The notes below the pieces were generated by a model, which searched no databases, was not told where the DNA came from, and worked only from the letters and a program-made list of their open reading frames with translations. Below are positions 10,030 through 19,357 of a DNA stretch of 59,683 nt, piece after piece. Source of the stretch: Pseudomonadota bacterium (GTDB lineage: Bacteria; Bdellovibrionota_B; Oligoflexia; Oligoflexales; RGVZ01); assembly GCA_041178085.1 (NCBI GenBank), contig JBEGVZ010000042.1, positions 1-59,683 on the forward strand, in the 5' to 3' direction. How positions within the stretch are numbered: position 1 is the first letter of the stretch; each line of letters opens with the position of its first letter. The translations under genes were made by a program, and so were the position numbers.

Positions 10030-10578
10030 ATGAAACTTTTCAAGGCTGTATCGTTGGCCCTGGGCCTCGTTGCAGTGTCCGCCTGTGGCACGCAAGATTC
10101 TGTTAACATGGCGAAAATGTCGGCTGTCGCTGACGGTTTTGATGTTTCCAAGCTGCCCTCCGCAGCAGTCGTTCGCGTGCCGGTTGACGCCAAGGGCAAC
10201 CAGATTGCCGACAAGGCGGAACTTCGCGTCGTTGATGCCAACGCTTCCCTCGAAGTGAAGACCGCTGACCAGGCTGCCAATGCCTTCGCAGTGGGAACGA
10301 CCCCGAAGAACGTTCGTGAAAACGTCGTTGTTGACGAGCTTGATCGTGACACCGCGACCGAATCTTGCTGGCGCTGGCGTCGTTACGCTTACGCCTGCAC
10401 CGTCGGCTGCGGCGTTGCATACGCACCGACCGTGTACTACGGCCCGGTTGCTTATACCTACTCTGCTCCTGTTTACTACTACCAGCCGGTTGCAACCCCG
10501 GTGTATGCAACGACTGTTGTCGGCTACACCTACTACTACTACCCGCGCTACGCTGGCCACGTTACCTACGTGTACTAA
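10030..10578 (+). CDS. Lipoprotein with Tyr-rich C-terminal domain
   Basis: GAGGAG RBS; lipobox VSAC; codon usage typical of highly expressed genes (GCT, GTT, CGT, TAC); own terminator. Confidence 0.85.
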   Translation: MKLFKAVSLALGLVAVSACGTQDSVNMAKMSAVADGFDVSKLPSAAVVRVPVDAKGNQIADKAELRVVDANASLEVKTADQAANAFAVGTTPKNVRENVVVDELDRDTATESCWRWRRYAYACTVGCGVAYAPTVYYGPVAYTYSAPVYYYQPVATPVYATTVVGYTYYYYPRYAGHVTYVY

Positions 10579-10590
10579 GGCGTGATTCAC

Positions 10591-10630
10591 AAAAAAATCC
10601 CCGTCGAGTGATCGACGGGGATTTTTTTTT
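10591..10630. terminator. Bidirectional intrinsic terminator
   Basis: A7-TCCCCGTCGA-GTGA-TCGACGGGGA-T9 between convergent genes. Confidence 0.92.
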
Positions 10631-10650
10631 ACGCTTTCAGTAATTACTGG

Positions 10651-11481
10651 CTATTCTTTCCCGGCAAGACGCTCAAGGGCATGCCCTGGGCTGCCCATGA
10701 TGTTGTAGCCGCTGTCGACGTGCAGGATTTCTCCCGTTATCGATGATGCGAGGTCGCTCAGTAACATCGCCGTGCCGCGCCCGACATCATCATTAGTGAC
10801 ATTACGTCCAAGCGGGGCAATGGCAGCGTTCATCTTGAGCATGGAAGAAAAGTCACCGACAGCAGATGCCGCCAGGGTTTTCACCGGGCCGGCGCTCAAA
10901 CCGTTGACACGGATATTTTTGGGGCCCAGGTCGTTGGCAAGATAACGGACCGAAGCTTCAAGGGCGGCCTTGCAGACACCCATGAGGTTGTACCCGGCAA
11001 GGACCTTTTCGGCGCCGAAGTATGTCATGGTCACCATGCTGCCACCATCGGTCATCAATTCACTGGCGGCCTTCGCCGTTGCGATGAAACTGTAGACGCT
11101 AATATCCATCGCATTAAGAAATCCCGCGCGGGACGCTGCAACAGTGGGGCAGCGGATGTCCTCAAGCGGAGCAAAAGCGATCGAGTGGACAAAGAAATCA
11201 ATCCGCCCAAATGTTTCCCGTACCTTGTTGAAGAAAGCGGTGATGTCTTCCGTGGATGCCACGTCGCACGGGGCAAGAAGCTTCGTGTTGAGGTTATCGG
11301 TCACGCGACGGACGCGCTTTTCCATGCGGTCACGGCCGTCCCTGTCTGGAAGGTGGGAAAATGCCAGCTCAGCCCCCTGGCTGCTCAGAAATTCCGCTGC
11401 TCCGGCGGCAAGGGAATGCTCGTTGGCAACCCCCATTATGACGCCCTTTTTTCCCGCAAATAACCCAGTCGATGCTTGCAT
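10651..11481 (-). CDS. fabI: Enoyl-ACP reductase FabI
   Basis: GVANEHSLA, VHSIAFAP, YNLMGVCKAALE, SAGPVKTLAA; start reassigned to MQAS after AAGGAG. Confidence 0.95.
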   Translation of the reverse strand: MQASTGLFAGKKGVIMGVANEHSLAAGAAEFLSSQGAELAFSHLPDRDGRDRMEKRVRRVTDNLNTKLLAPCDVASTEDITAFFNKVRETFGRIDFFVHSIAFAPLEDIRCPTVAASRAGFLNAMDISVYSFIATAKAASELMTDGGSMVTMTYFGAEKVLAGYNLMGVCKAALEASVRYLANDLGPKNIRVNGLSAGPVKTLAASAVGDFSSMLKMNAAIAPLGRNVTNDDVGRGTAMLLSDLASSITGEILHVDSGYNIMGSPGHALERLAGKE

Positions 11482-11602
11482 GAAAACTCCTTGGCTGCGA
11501 CGGCCTGCCGGCAAAATCCGGTGTTCGTGGAAACGTCCGCAAGAATACCGTAGGATGGCTTTGAGACTCAACCAATGAGTCATCACGGGAGGATGTTGCC
11601 CG

Positions 11603-12493
11603 ATGTCCCAGGCAGCAGAGCGTGAAAGTTTGGCCCTGAAGGCCATAAAAACAGGCCTTGTGGTGAATCTGGGCCTTGTACTCCTCAAGCTTGCCGCTGG
11701 CATTCTTGGCCATTCTTACGCCCTGATCGCTGATGCAATTGAATCATCCCTGGATGTCATCTCTTCCGTCGTCGTGTGGGCGGGGGTGAAGATTTCAAAT
11801 CGTCCCGGCAATGAAAGGTACCCTTACGGCTTTGGTAAGGCAGACTCCCTGGCGGCAGCGATTGTTTCCTTTATGCTACTGGGTGCGGCAGCAGGCATTG
11901 CTGTTGCGGCGGTGCACCAGATTCTGACGCCGCATCAATTGCCTGCGCCATTCACGCTGGCTGTCATCCCAGCAGTCATCTTGGTCAAGGAAATCCTGTT
12001 CCGCCGCGTGCTTCATATCGGCGAGGAAACAGGAAGCGGTGCAGTGAGTGCGGACGCATGGCATCACCGCAGTGATGCGATTTCATCGGCGGCAGCATTC
12101 ATCGGGATCGGGGTGGCCCTCTGGGGCGGTCCAGGCTGGGAAGGTGCGGATGACTGGGCGGCGCTTGTCGCCGCAGGCGTCATCGGCATCAACGGTTTCA
12201 ACATCCTGCGTACGGTAGCCCGCGATTTGATGGATGCCATGCCTGCCGATGAGCTCGTGACCCAGATGGATGCTGCGGCGCGTTCCGTGCCGGGTGTGCT
12301 TGCGACGGAAAAAATGGCGATCCGCCGTCACGGAGCCGAGTACTACGTGGACCTTCATGTGCAGGCGAATCCCTTGATGACGCTGCACGACGCACACATC
12401 CTGAGCGGCAAGGTAAAGGGTGCGGTACGCGCCGCAGTGCCGCGTGTTGCAAATGTTCTCATACACATGGAGCCTTTTGAGGGCGGAAAATAA
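11603..12493 (+). CDS. Cation diffusion facilitator (FieF-like) transporter
   Basis: SYALIADAIES, YPYGFGK, ADAWHHRSD, C-terminal DLHV/IHMEP. Confidence 0.92.
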   Translation: MSQAAERESLALKAIKTGLVVNLGLVLLKLAAGILGHSYALIADAIESSLDVISSVVVWAGVKISNRPGNERYPYGFGKADSLAAAIVSFMLLGAAAGIAVAAVHQILTPHQLPAPFTLAVIPAVILVKEILFRRVLHIGEETGSGAVSADAWHHRSDAISSAAAFIGIGVALWGGPGWEGADDWAALVAAGVIGINGFNILRTVARDLMDAMPADELVTQMDAAARSVPGVLATEKMAIRRHGAEYYVDLHVQANPLMTLHDAHILSGKVKGAVRAAVPRVANVLIHMEPFEGGK

Positions 12494-12505
12494 GGGGGTT
12501 TTACG

Positions 12506-12892
12506 ATGCTGTGGACAACTTGGATTGCCTTTGGAGCTTTAATGGGAATGATTGGCGTTGCCGCAGGCGCCTTCGGTGCGCATGCCCTCAAGGGCAGGGT
12601 TGATGCTGATTTGCTGGTGGTTTTTGAGACCGGCGCCCGTTACCAGATGTACCACGCACTTGCCCTGATTGGCCTGGGGCTTATGGCCAGCCGGATCGAC
12701 CATGCAATGCTGCAAGTCGGCGGATTCTCGATGCTGCTCGGCACTCTTGTTTTTTCCGGCAGTCTTTATGCGCTGGTCATGACTGGCAACCGGGCGCTTG
12801 GTGCTGTGACACCGATCGGTGGCGCAGCGCTTATCTTTGGTTGGTTGATGGTGTGTGTGGTTGCTCTCAAGGCGTCGTTCGGGCAGTCGTGA
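12506..12892 (+). CDS. DUF423 (YgdD/TMEM256) membrane protein
   Basis: GAFGAHAL, YQMYH, FSGSLY, GAVTPIGG. Confidence 0.92.
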   Translation: MLWTTWIAFGALMGMIGVAAGAFGAHALKGRVDADLLVVFETGARYQMYHALALIGLGLMASRIDHAMLQVGGFSMLLGTLVFSGSLYALVMTGNRALGAVTPIGGAALIFGWLMVCVVALKASFGQS

Positions 12893-13592
12893 TGCGCGCA
12901 GCAAGGCGCGGCAGAAGACTCAATCCCAGCAAGGCCCCCACTGCCGCCAGCACTGGTACGGGATAACCTTTCAGTGCGCGGTCGTAATGTGCGGCGATGA
13001 TGTTGCCAAGTGACGCTTTTGGCTCCTGCATTCCGAGTCCAAGGTAGCCAAGGGTGGCTTCGATTGCCAGGCTGGTCTGGATTGTCAGTCCCAGCAGCTG
13101 CAGGATCGGAGCCATCCACGATTGCCTGACACCAAATCGCCACGCACGGTGGCGTGCAGTTCCGCCGATCGCGTCATGGGATTCCCAGTACCCAAGGTGG
13201 CGGTCACGCTCCCACTGATTGACCAGCAAGTCCAGCGCGGCTGCGAATGCCGTAATCCCAAGTACCGTGAGAATCAGGGAAAAATGATGCGTTCCCCCTG
13301 ACAACACCAGGACTCCGAATGCCAGCAGGCCCGCCGGCAAGCTACGAATGGTTGACGTCATGCTGGTCATGGGTGCCGGAAAGTTCCGTGGCAACCAGGC
13401 GATGAACACAACGAGCGCAAGGGCGAAGCCAGTGCATACGGTAGCCATGACGGGCAGGCTGGCATCAACGACAGCATCACCGATACGGTGCAGGACGTCT
13501 CGACCAAGATAGTCGGTCCCGAGCCAATGATCGGGACCGGGTGCGGCATAGGCGTTACCGATATCCAGGCTGCCAGTGTTCTGGACCGTCAT
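12867..13592 (-). CDS. OppC/DppC-like ABC permease (divergent)
   Basis: HWLGTDYLGRDV, EATLGYLGLG..P..SLG. Confidence 0.8.
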   Translation of the reverse strand: MTVQNTGSLDIGNAYAAPGPDHWLGTDYLGRDVLHRIGDAVVDASLPVMATVCTGFALALVVFIAWLPRNFPAPMTSMTSTIRSLPAGLLAFGVLVLSGGTHHFSLILTVLGITAFAAALDLLVNQWERDRHLGYWESHDAIGGTARHRAWRFGVRQSWMAPILQLLGLTIQTSLAIEATLGYLGLGMQEPKASLGNIIAAHYDRALKGYPVPVLAAVGALLGLSLLPRLAARITTARTTP

Positions 13593-13601
13593 TGTTGCTC
13601 C

Positions 13602-14285
13602 CTACACATAGCCAGCCAGTTTTTTGCCAAGCCGCTTGTTGGCAACATTGATCGAGACATTGATCAAGGCATAGACGAGAAACAGGACAGCAATCACCTG
13701 TGCTGCCGACGATGCCTCCCGCGCCTTGGCGAATTCCCACGACCAGTAACCCAGGCCTGGGGCATTGAAAATCGACTCAATGATCACCAGTTCTGAAAAT
13801 ACGAGCGGCAGGCAATCCGACGCAGACTGAAGCAACGTACGGCGCGCTACCAGCGGACGAAGGCGCCGGCGCGGGTTTTTGCCCAGGGAATCCTCGACCT
13901 TGACGAACGGCTTTCCAGACCAGAATGCCCACTCGCTTCTGCTTGTCGAAAAGATGCGCCCGGGAAGCCCGCTGCCGATGAATAAGATCAGTGCCGGTGC
14001 AAGGCTTGCCTTGATCAGTTCGACAGTGCCGGTGAATTCAAAGACAGGAAAAATCAGATTCACGCGAAAGGAGAGCCAGGAAAGAAAAATACACAGCGGT
14101 GCGATGGCGAGGGCCGGCAGGACCAGGGGCAATGTTGCGTGATCAATGGTCTTTGCTTTTCGCCCGTCGCGTTTTTCCCGGTCGCGCCACTGTGTCAAGA
14201 CGACGCATAGCCCGGTGAATGCGAGGCAAAAGATCGCCACCCATCCAAGGATCAAAGATGTGGTCAGTCCGCCTTCCAAGCTCAC
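13602..14285 (-). CDS. OppB/DppB-like ABC permease (short, divergent)
   Basis: LVIIESIFNAPGLG, LAPALIL; TM pattern. Confidence 0.72.
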   Translation of the reverse strand: MSLEGGLTTSLILGWVAIFCLAFTGLCVVLTQWRDREKRDGRKAKTIDHATLPLVLPALAIAPLCIFLSWLSFRVNLIFPVFEFTGTVELIKASLAPALILFIGSGLPGRIFSTSRSEWAFWSGKPFVKVEDSLGKNPRRRLRPLVARRTLLQSASDCLPLVFSELVIIESIFNAPGLGYWSWEFAKAREASSAAQVIAVLFLVYALINVSINVANKRLGKKLAGYV

Positions 14286-15826
14286 TCCGAGGGTTGGTTT
14301 GCTTTGGTGGATGTAAAAGCTTGTGTTGCCCGGACTGCCTGGTGCCAGCCTTTCATGTGCGTGGCGAGTTCAGCGGCCGGACGTGGTTCAAAGATCTTCT
14401 CAGGTGTACGCGCCCGGGCAAGCTGCTGAATATCCGGATAAATGCCGCTACCCAGTGCGGAAAACAGGGCAGCCCCAAAAGCCGTGGTTTCAATGTTGCG
14501 CGGGCGGTCGACTTTTGTTCCGGTGTAGTCGGCCTGCAGTTGCATCAGCAGATTGTTTGCTGACGCCCCGCCGTCGACGCGCAGGATTTCAACCGGCATG
14601 CCAAGGTCCTTTGCCATTGCATTGAGCAGGTCCGTGACCTGGAAGGCGATGCTTTCAAGCGCAGCGCGTGCCAGCTGCTCCGTGGTGGTCCCGCGCGTCA
14701 AACCAAAGATCGCACCACGCGCATTTGCGTCCCACCAAGGCGCGCCAAGCCCTGCGAGCGCAGGCACGAAGTAGATTTCAGGAGCAGCCTTGGCCTCGAT
14801 GGCCATCGTTTCAGACGCAGATGCACTGGGCATCATTTTGAGCTGATCGCGTAAAAACTGGATGGCGGCTCCAGCCACAAAGGCAGATCCCTCCAGCGCG
14901 AAGGTCAACTTGCCGCCCAGGGACCAGGCAACGGTAGTCAACATGCCGGATGTGGACATGCGCGGGACATTGCCTGTGTTCAGCAAAAGGAAAGCGCCAG
15001 TGCCGTAAGTGCATTTTGCCTGACCGGGCTGGAAACAGGCCTGGCCGGCAAGGGCGGCCTGCTGGTCGCCAAGGATACCCGCGACAGGAATGCCGTCGGG
15101 CAGGAAGTCCAGCCCTTTCGTTTTGCCAAACTCCCCTGCACTGGGGCGGATCTCCGGCAGGACCGACATTGCCGGGATCTTGAATTCACCGAGCAGGTCG
15201 TTGTCCCAGGTGCCCGTGTGCAGGTTGAAAAGCATGGTGCGTGAGGCGTTGCTTGCTTCGGTGGCGAAAGATTTCGCTGCGGTCAATCGGTGCAGAAGGT
15301 AGGTGTCAATCGTGCCAAAGGCGAGGTTGCCTTTGCGGGCGGCCTCGCTGACACGGCTGTTGTTCTTGAGCAACCACTCCATCTTTGATGCAGAGAAGTA
15401 AGGGTCAAGGACAAGGCCCGTTTTTTCCTTGATGCCGGCTTCAAGTCCCGCATTACGCCGGGCGCTGCATGTGTCCGACGTGCGGCGGCATTGCCAGACG
15501 ATGGCCGGGGCGAGCGGCTCGCCTGTGTTGCGGTCAAACGCCACGACGGTCTCGCGTTGGTTGGTGATGCCGATCGAATGGATCTTCGCCGGGGTAAAGG
15601 CAGGATCGTGGGCAGCCGCTTCCTTCATCGCCAGCTGGCAGGCCTGTCGCATCGATCCCCAGATCTCGCCGGCATCGTGTTCAACCCAGCCAGCCTTGGG
15701 AAAATGCTGGGGAAAATCGACGGTTGCCCTGCCTGTGACGGTTGGGTTCGAGGGCTCAGTCATGTTGATGACCAGAACAGTTGAGCCGGTTGTCCCTTGA
15801 TCGAGTCCCAGAATGTAGGAAGCCAT
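14282..15826 (-). CDS. glpK: Glycerol kinase
   Basis: LDQGTTG, GITNQRET, DPYFSASK, GDQQAAL, KCTYGTG, VDGGA; start MASYIL. Confidence 0.95.
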   Translation of the reverse strand: MASYILGLDQGTTGSTVLVINMTEPSNPTVTGRATVDFPQHFPKAGWVEHDAGEIWGSMRQACQLAMKEAAAHDPAFTPAKIHSIGITNQRETVVAFDRNTGEPLAPAIVWQCRRTSDTCSARRNAGLEAGIKEKTGLVLDPYFSASKMEWLLKNNSRVSEAARKGNLAFGTIDTYLLHRLTAAKSFATEASNASRTMLFNLHTGTWDNDLLGEFKIPAMSVLPEIRPSAGEFGKTKGLDFLPDGIPVAGILGDQQAALAGQACFQPGQAKCTYGTGAFLLLNTGNVPRMSTSGMLTTVAWSLGGKLTFALEGSAFVAGAAIQFLRDQLKMMPSASASETMAIEAKAAPEIYFVPALAGLGAPWWDANARGAIFGLTRGTTTEQLARAALESIAFQVTDLLNAMAKDLGMPVEILRVDGGASANNLLMQLQADYTGTKVDRPRNIETTAFGAALFSALGSGIYPDIQQLARARTPEKIFEPRPAAELATHMKGWHQAVRATQAFTSTKANQPSE

Positions 15827-15932
15827 TGTTGTCCCGTCCTGTGCTGTCACGCTCGTCGTTTGCCGTGGTGGTCCCATTATGGTAATTGGGCCTCTGAAGC
15901 CCGACAAGAGCCTGGTGTAAAGGATCCCCCTC

Positions 15933-16907
15933 GTGCGCATTGCTTTCATGGGTTCGCCCGCCGAAGTGATCGAACCGTTGCAAAAGTTGCTGGATGCCCC
16001 GCGGGACGAGGATTTCGAGGTTGTCCTTGTGGTCAGCCAGCCGGCTCGTCCGGTGGGACGCTCCGGACAGCTTCAGGACCCTCCCCTGGCGACCTTTGCC
16101 AAGTCCAAGGGCGTTCCCGTCCTGCAACCGGAATCTGCCCGTGACCCGGAATTCCTGAGCCAGCTGGAGCAGGCCAATATCGACGTCGTGGTGACCGCAG
16201 CTTATGGACAAATCCTGTCGAAAAAATTCCTGGAGATTCCACGCCGGGCGACCATCAATATTCATCCGTCGCTGTTGCCGCGGTACCGCGGAGCAACGCC
16301 TGTTCCGGCAGCTCTCCTGAATGGGGATACCACTACGGGCGTTTCGATCCTGTTTACCGTGAAGGCACTCGATGCTGGAGCACTGATCAGTGTTGCTGAA
16401 TCACCGATCGATCCCGGGGAGACGGCAGAGGCGTTGACGCGGAGGATGTTTGCTCTGGGCGCAGGTGAGCTGCTGAAGGCCTTGCAAAAATTGCGCGACC
16501 CTCGATTCACCGGCACGCCCCAGGATGATGCTGCGGCCTCTTATTGCGGGAAAATTGAAAAGTCGGATGGACAGGTGGACTGGGCTCGCGAAGCGGACGT
16601 GAACTACAACAGGTTCCGCGCTTTCTACCCGTGGCCAGGATCGTTTACGGCTTTCAATGGCAAGCGTGTGACGATCCTTGACATGGCCGAGTTTGACGGG
16701 GCGGGATTCTCGCAATCGGCGCTTCCGTCTGCGGCTGGTGGTTTTGTCTTTTCAAAGCCTGCAGGAGGTCTTGTCGTCAAGACCGGTGACGGGATGGTGT
16801 TGATCAGGCGCCTTCAAACTGAAGGCGGCAAGCCAGTTGACGCTGCGGCTTTCTGGAACGGGATCAAGGATCGCACGGGTTGTCGATTCGAGGCGATCAA
16901 TGGCTGA
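15933..16907 (+). CDS. fmt: Methionyl-tRNA formyltransferase
   Basis: MRIAFMGS, AAYGQIL, INIHPSLLPRYRGATP. Confidence 0.95.
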   Translation: MRIAFMGSPAEVIEPLQKLLDAPRDEDFEVVLVVSQPARPVGRSGQLQDPPLATFAKSKGVPVLQPESARDPEFLSQLEQANIDVVVTAAYGQILSKKFLEIPRRATINIHPSLLPRYRGATPVPAALLNGDTTTGVSILFTVKALDAGALISVAESPIDPGETAEALTRRMFALGAGELLKALQKLRDPRFTGTPQDDAAASYCGKIEKSDGQVDWAREADVNYNRFRAFYPWPGSFTAFNGKRVTILDMAEFDGAGFSQSALPSAAGGFVFSKPAGGLVVKTGDGMVLIRRLQTEGGKPVDAAAFWNGIKDRTGCRFEAING

Positions 16908-17808
16908 TGTCCTGTCCATTTCTGGATTCAGTGCATTTGAGCAAGCCTGGGCGCGACTGAGGGAAAAGTATGCGGCTTTACCGGGTGACCTGGGCAAGGC
17001 CTTGACCTACGCCACAGAAAATTCTGGCAAGCTGGTGCGTCCCCGGTTCTGCATTTTGTCAGCTTCGGCGGCCAACTCCATTGTGTTCAATGAGCGTCTA
17101 TCCTGGCGTGGCAGTCTGGTTGCTTCGGCGGCATGCGCTGTCGAAATGATTCATACTTACAGTCTGATCCATGACGACCTTCCGTGCATGGATGATGACG
17201 ACTTCCGGCGTGGGCGTCCGACGTTGCACAAGGTTTTTGGTGAGGCGACTGCGCTCCTTGCAGGTGACGCTTTGCTGACCGATGCGTTTTCCCTCATCAC
17301 TAGGGCCGATGTGCCGTCGGAGGGTGCACTTTCCCAGGTGCTCTGCGTGCGCCTGTTATCTGCTGCGGCCGGAGGCAGCGGCATGGTCCTTGGCCAGGCG
17401 CTGGACATGGCTAATTCTGGGGGAGTTGCAGGTGCAAACCGGGAAGATATCGAACGCATCCATCGTCTGAAGACAGGGGCCCTGATCGGCGCGGCTTGCG
17501 CCCTGGGTGCGGCTGCGGCAGGTGCTGGCGAAGTTGCGGTCGAGGCCTTTCGTGCAGCCGGTGAGTCGACCGGTCTGGCATTCCAGGTGATGGATGACCT
17601 TTTAGACGGCAAGGCAGGCACGGGCAAGACAGCGGGCAAGGACGCTGTGGTCGGCAAGGCAACTTTCCTTGGCTTGTTGGGGGCGGAAAAGGGTCGCGCG
17701 CTGGTCGATGAATTGACTGAGGGCTCCGTTAACACACTGAAATCGAAGGGTTTTGTTGTGGACGAGTGGGAAGCCTTTGCAAAACAACTTTGTCACAGGC
17801 AGTTTTAG
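16900..17808 (+). CDS. ispA: Polyprenyl (farnesyl/geranylgeranyl) diphosphate synthase
   Basis: EMIHTYSLIHDDLPCMDDDDFRRG, GQALD, FQVMDD; overlaps the end of fmt. Confidence 0.9.
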   Translation: MADVLSISGFSAFEQAWARLREKYAALPGDLGKALTYATENSGKLVRPRFCILSASAANSIVFNERLSWRGSLVASAACAVEMIHTYSLIHDDLPCMDDDDFRRGRPTLHKVFGEATALLAGDALLTDAFSLITRADVPSEGALSQVLCVRLLSAAAGGSGMVLGQALDMANSGGVAGANREDIERIHRLKTGALIGAACALGAAAAGAGEVAVEAFRAAGESTGLAFQVMDDLLDGKAGTGKTAGKDAVVGKATFLGLLGAEKGRALVDELTEGSVNTLKSKGFVVDEWEAFAKQLCHRQF

Positions 17809-17811
17809 GGC

Positions 17812-18129
17812 ATGGAACAAAACACAACAGCGATGGCGTCGCCGGAAAACGGCTGGAAAATCACCGAAGAGAATTTTGAATTCAAGGTCCTGCAGTTTCG
17901 CGAGCGTCAGGCCGGAATCAGCCTGGTGTTTGATCCGGAAAGCAGCAGCTGGCAGTACAATGCCTACTGCATCGAGACCAAGCTTCTCAAGGAACTCTTC
18001 TCGTGCGAACATGAATTCCTTGAGGATGCCTTGCAGCTGATCAACAGCGAATTCGGGACGTGGGAACTTGTCGACCTTTCCGCAAAAAAAGGCTGTGGCA
18101 GCTGTGTGGCCAAGGGTAATGCCCACTGA
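17812..18129 (+). CDS. Small acidic hypothetical protein with C-terminal GCGSC
   Basis: Operonic ORF with typical codon usage; four Cys. Confidence 0.7.
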   Translation: MEQNTTAMASPENGWKITEENFEFKVLQFRERQAGISLVFDPESSSWQYNAYCIETKLLKELFSCEHEFLEDALQLINSEFGTWELVDLSAKKGCGSCVAKGNAH

Positions 18130-19198
18130 CGCGTGCTTTCCCCGCCCCGTCTTGACGATTCCGTTTTTCCTTGCGGCAATGATTTTGGCAAGCGCCTCGA
18201 CTTCCCGCGCTGCGCCTGACAGGCAAAGCCGTGTGCCAAAGAAACAGCTGGCATCATCCTGCCAGGCGATCACTGTGACCCCGGCCGGCAAGCTTGTAGA
18301 CTTCAAGGCTCCTTCCGGCATGCCTGCTGCGAAGGCCGATAGCTTGGTAGAGGTCGTAGCCGCCATTTCAGGCGCAATGGCAACAGGCGACGCGCAGAAA
18401 CTGGCAGGTTTTTTTCACCCGCGTCTCAAGTTGAACGTAGCCACGATTTCAAGTCAGCTTGCTGAAATTCGTGCTCGCTATGGCGAGCCGGTGTCCTTCA
18501 ATCCGCTGAAGCTTCTTTTGGTTCGCTCTCCGGGTGGGGATACGACTCCGGTCGCCTGTGATTTCGATGGCGTTGTTCTAAATCCCCTCTACGGATACGA
18601 CCACCAGGCTTCTCTGTGGTTTCAAGCCACCGGTCAGCAGGACATTGCCCGGGTGATGATGGGTATTGTTCCTCTACCCGACCGCCTTGGCGGTGGATGG
18701 CGTATCGGCAATTTCCACACCCAGCAGTGGACCCACGCGGGGCGCGATCCTCTTGCGTGGATTGAAACAGCCCGCACGGCCAGGTCCGCAAAGAACGCAC
18801 TGGCAGCCTGGACGATGTTCGACATCACGGAGAAGTTACTACGACCATCGGCGTTTGCAGCTTACCAGGCCCATGACATGGTTGCTGTTGAACGTGATTC
18901 CCTGATGTCTCGGGCAGATTGGCTTGCTGCCGTTTCTACCACACCACCGGACCTGAAGGTCGAGGGTGCGGTATCACTCCTGGTCCGGGGTGGGGCAGGC
19001 ATTTTATACAAGCTGCGCCTGGTCAAGGAACTTTCCAGCAACGAGATCCAGGAGCACTGTCGCTCCACGGCAAAGAACCTCATGGCCCGCAAGGATACCA
19101 AAGGCCTGGCCGGGATTCGCTGCGAATACTACCGCCCTGGTGAATCGCTGAATAAAGACAGCGTGATCGGCGGGCTTTTTGTTCCCATCACGGAATGA
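18119..19198 (+). CDS. Secreted hypothetical protein
   Basis: Signal-like hydrophobic segment; start overlaps the previous ORF end. Confidence 0.6.
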   Translation: MPTDACFPRPVLTIPFFLAAMILASASTSRAAPDRQSRVPKKQLASSCQAITVTPAGKLVDFKAPSGMPAAKADSLVEVVAAISGAMATGDAQKLAGFFHPRLKLNVATISSQLAEIRARYGEPVSFNPLKLLLVRSPGGDTTPVACDFDGVVLNPLYGYDHQASLWFQATGQQDIARVMMGIVPLPDRLGGGWRIGNFHTQQWTHAGRDPLAWIETARTARSAKNALAAWTMFDITEKLLRPSAFAAYQAHDMVAVERDSLMSRADWLAAVSTTPPDLKVEGAVSLLVRGGAGILYKLRLVKELSSNEIQEHCRSTAKNLMARKDTKGLAGIRCEYYRPGESLNKDSVIGGLFVPITE

Positions 19199-19357
19199 TC
19201 GGGCGTCAAATTTTTGACGCCTGTCAGTAGGCGTTTTGTGCCCGTTTCGCCATGTCCCTTTGGCGCAGTAAACTTTAAACATCAGGTAAGAAAATCCGTC
19301 AGGCGGTTCCAGGCGTTCTCCACCCAGGCCCGGCAACTCCGGCAAGGATGTGAGGCG

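Noticed and set aside
11482..11703. N-terminal extensions in the ORF track for fabI (likewise glpK, MFS and the 55653 ORF)
   Set aside because: They overlap divergent genes; downstream starts fit family lengths, several with a clear RBS.
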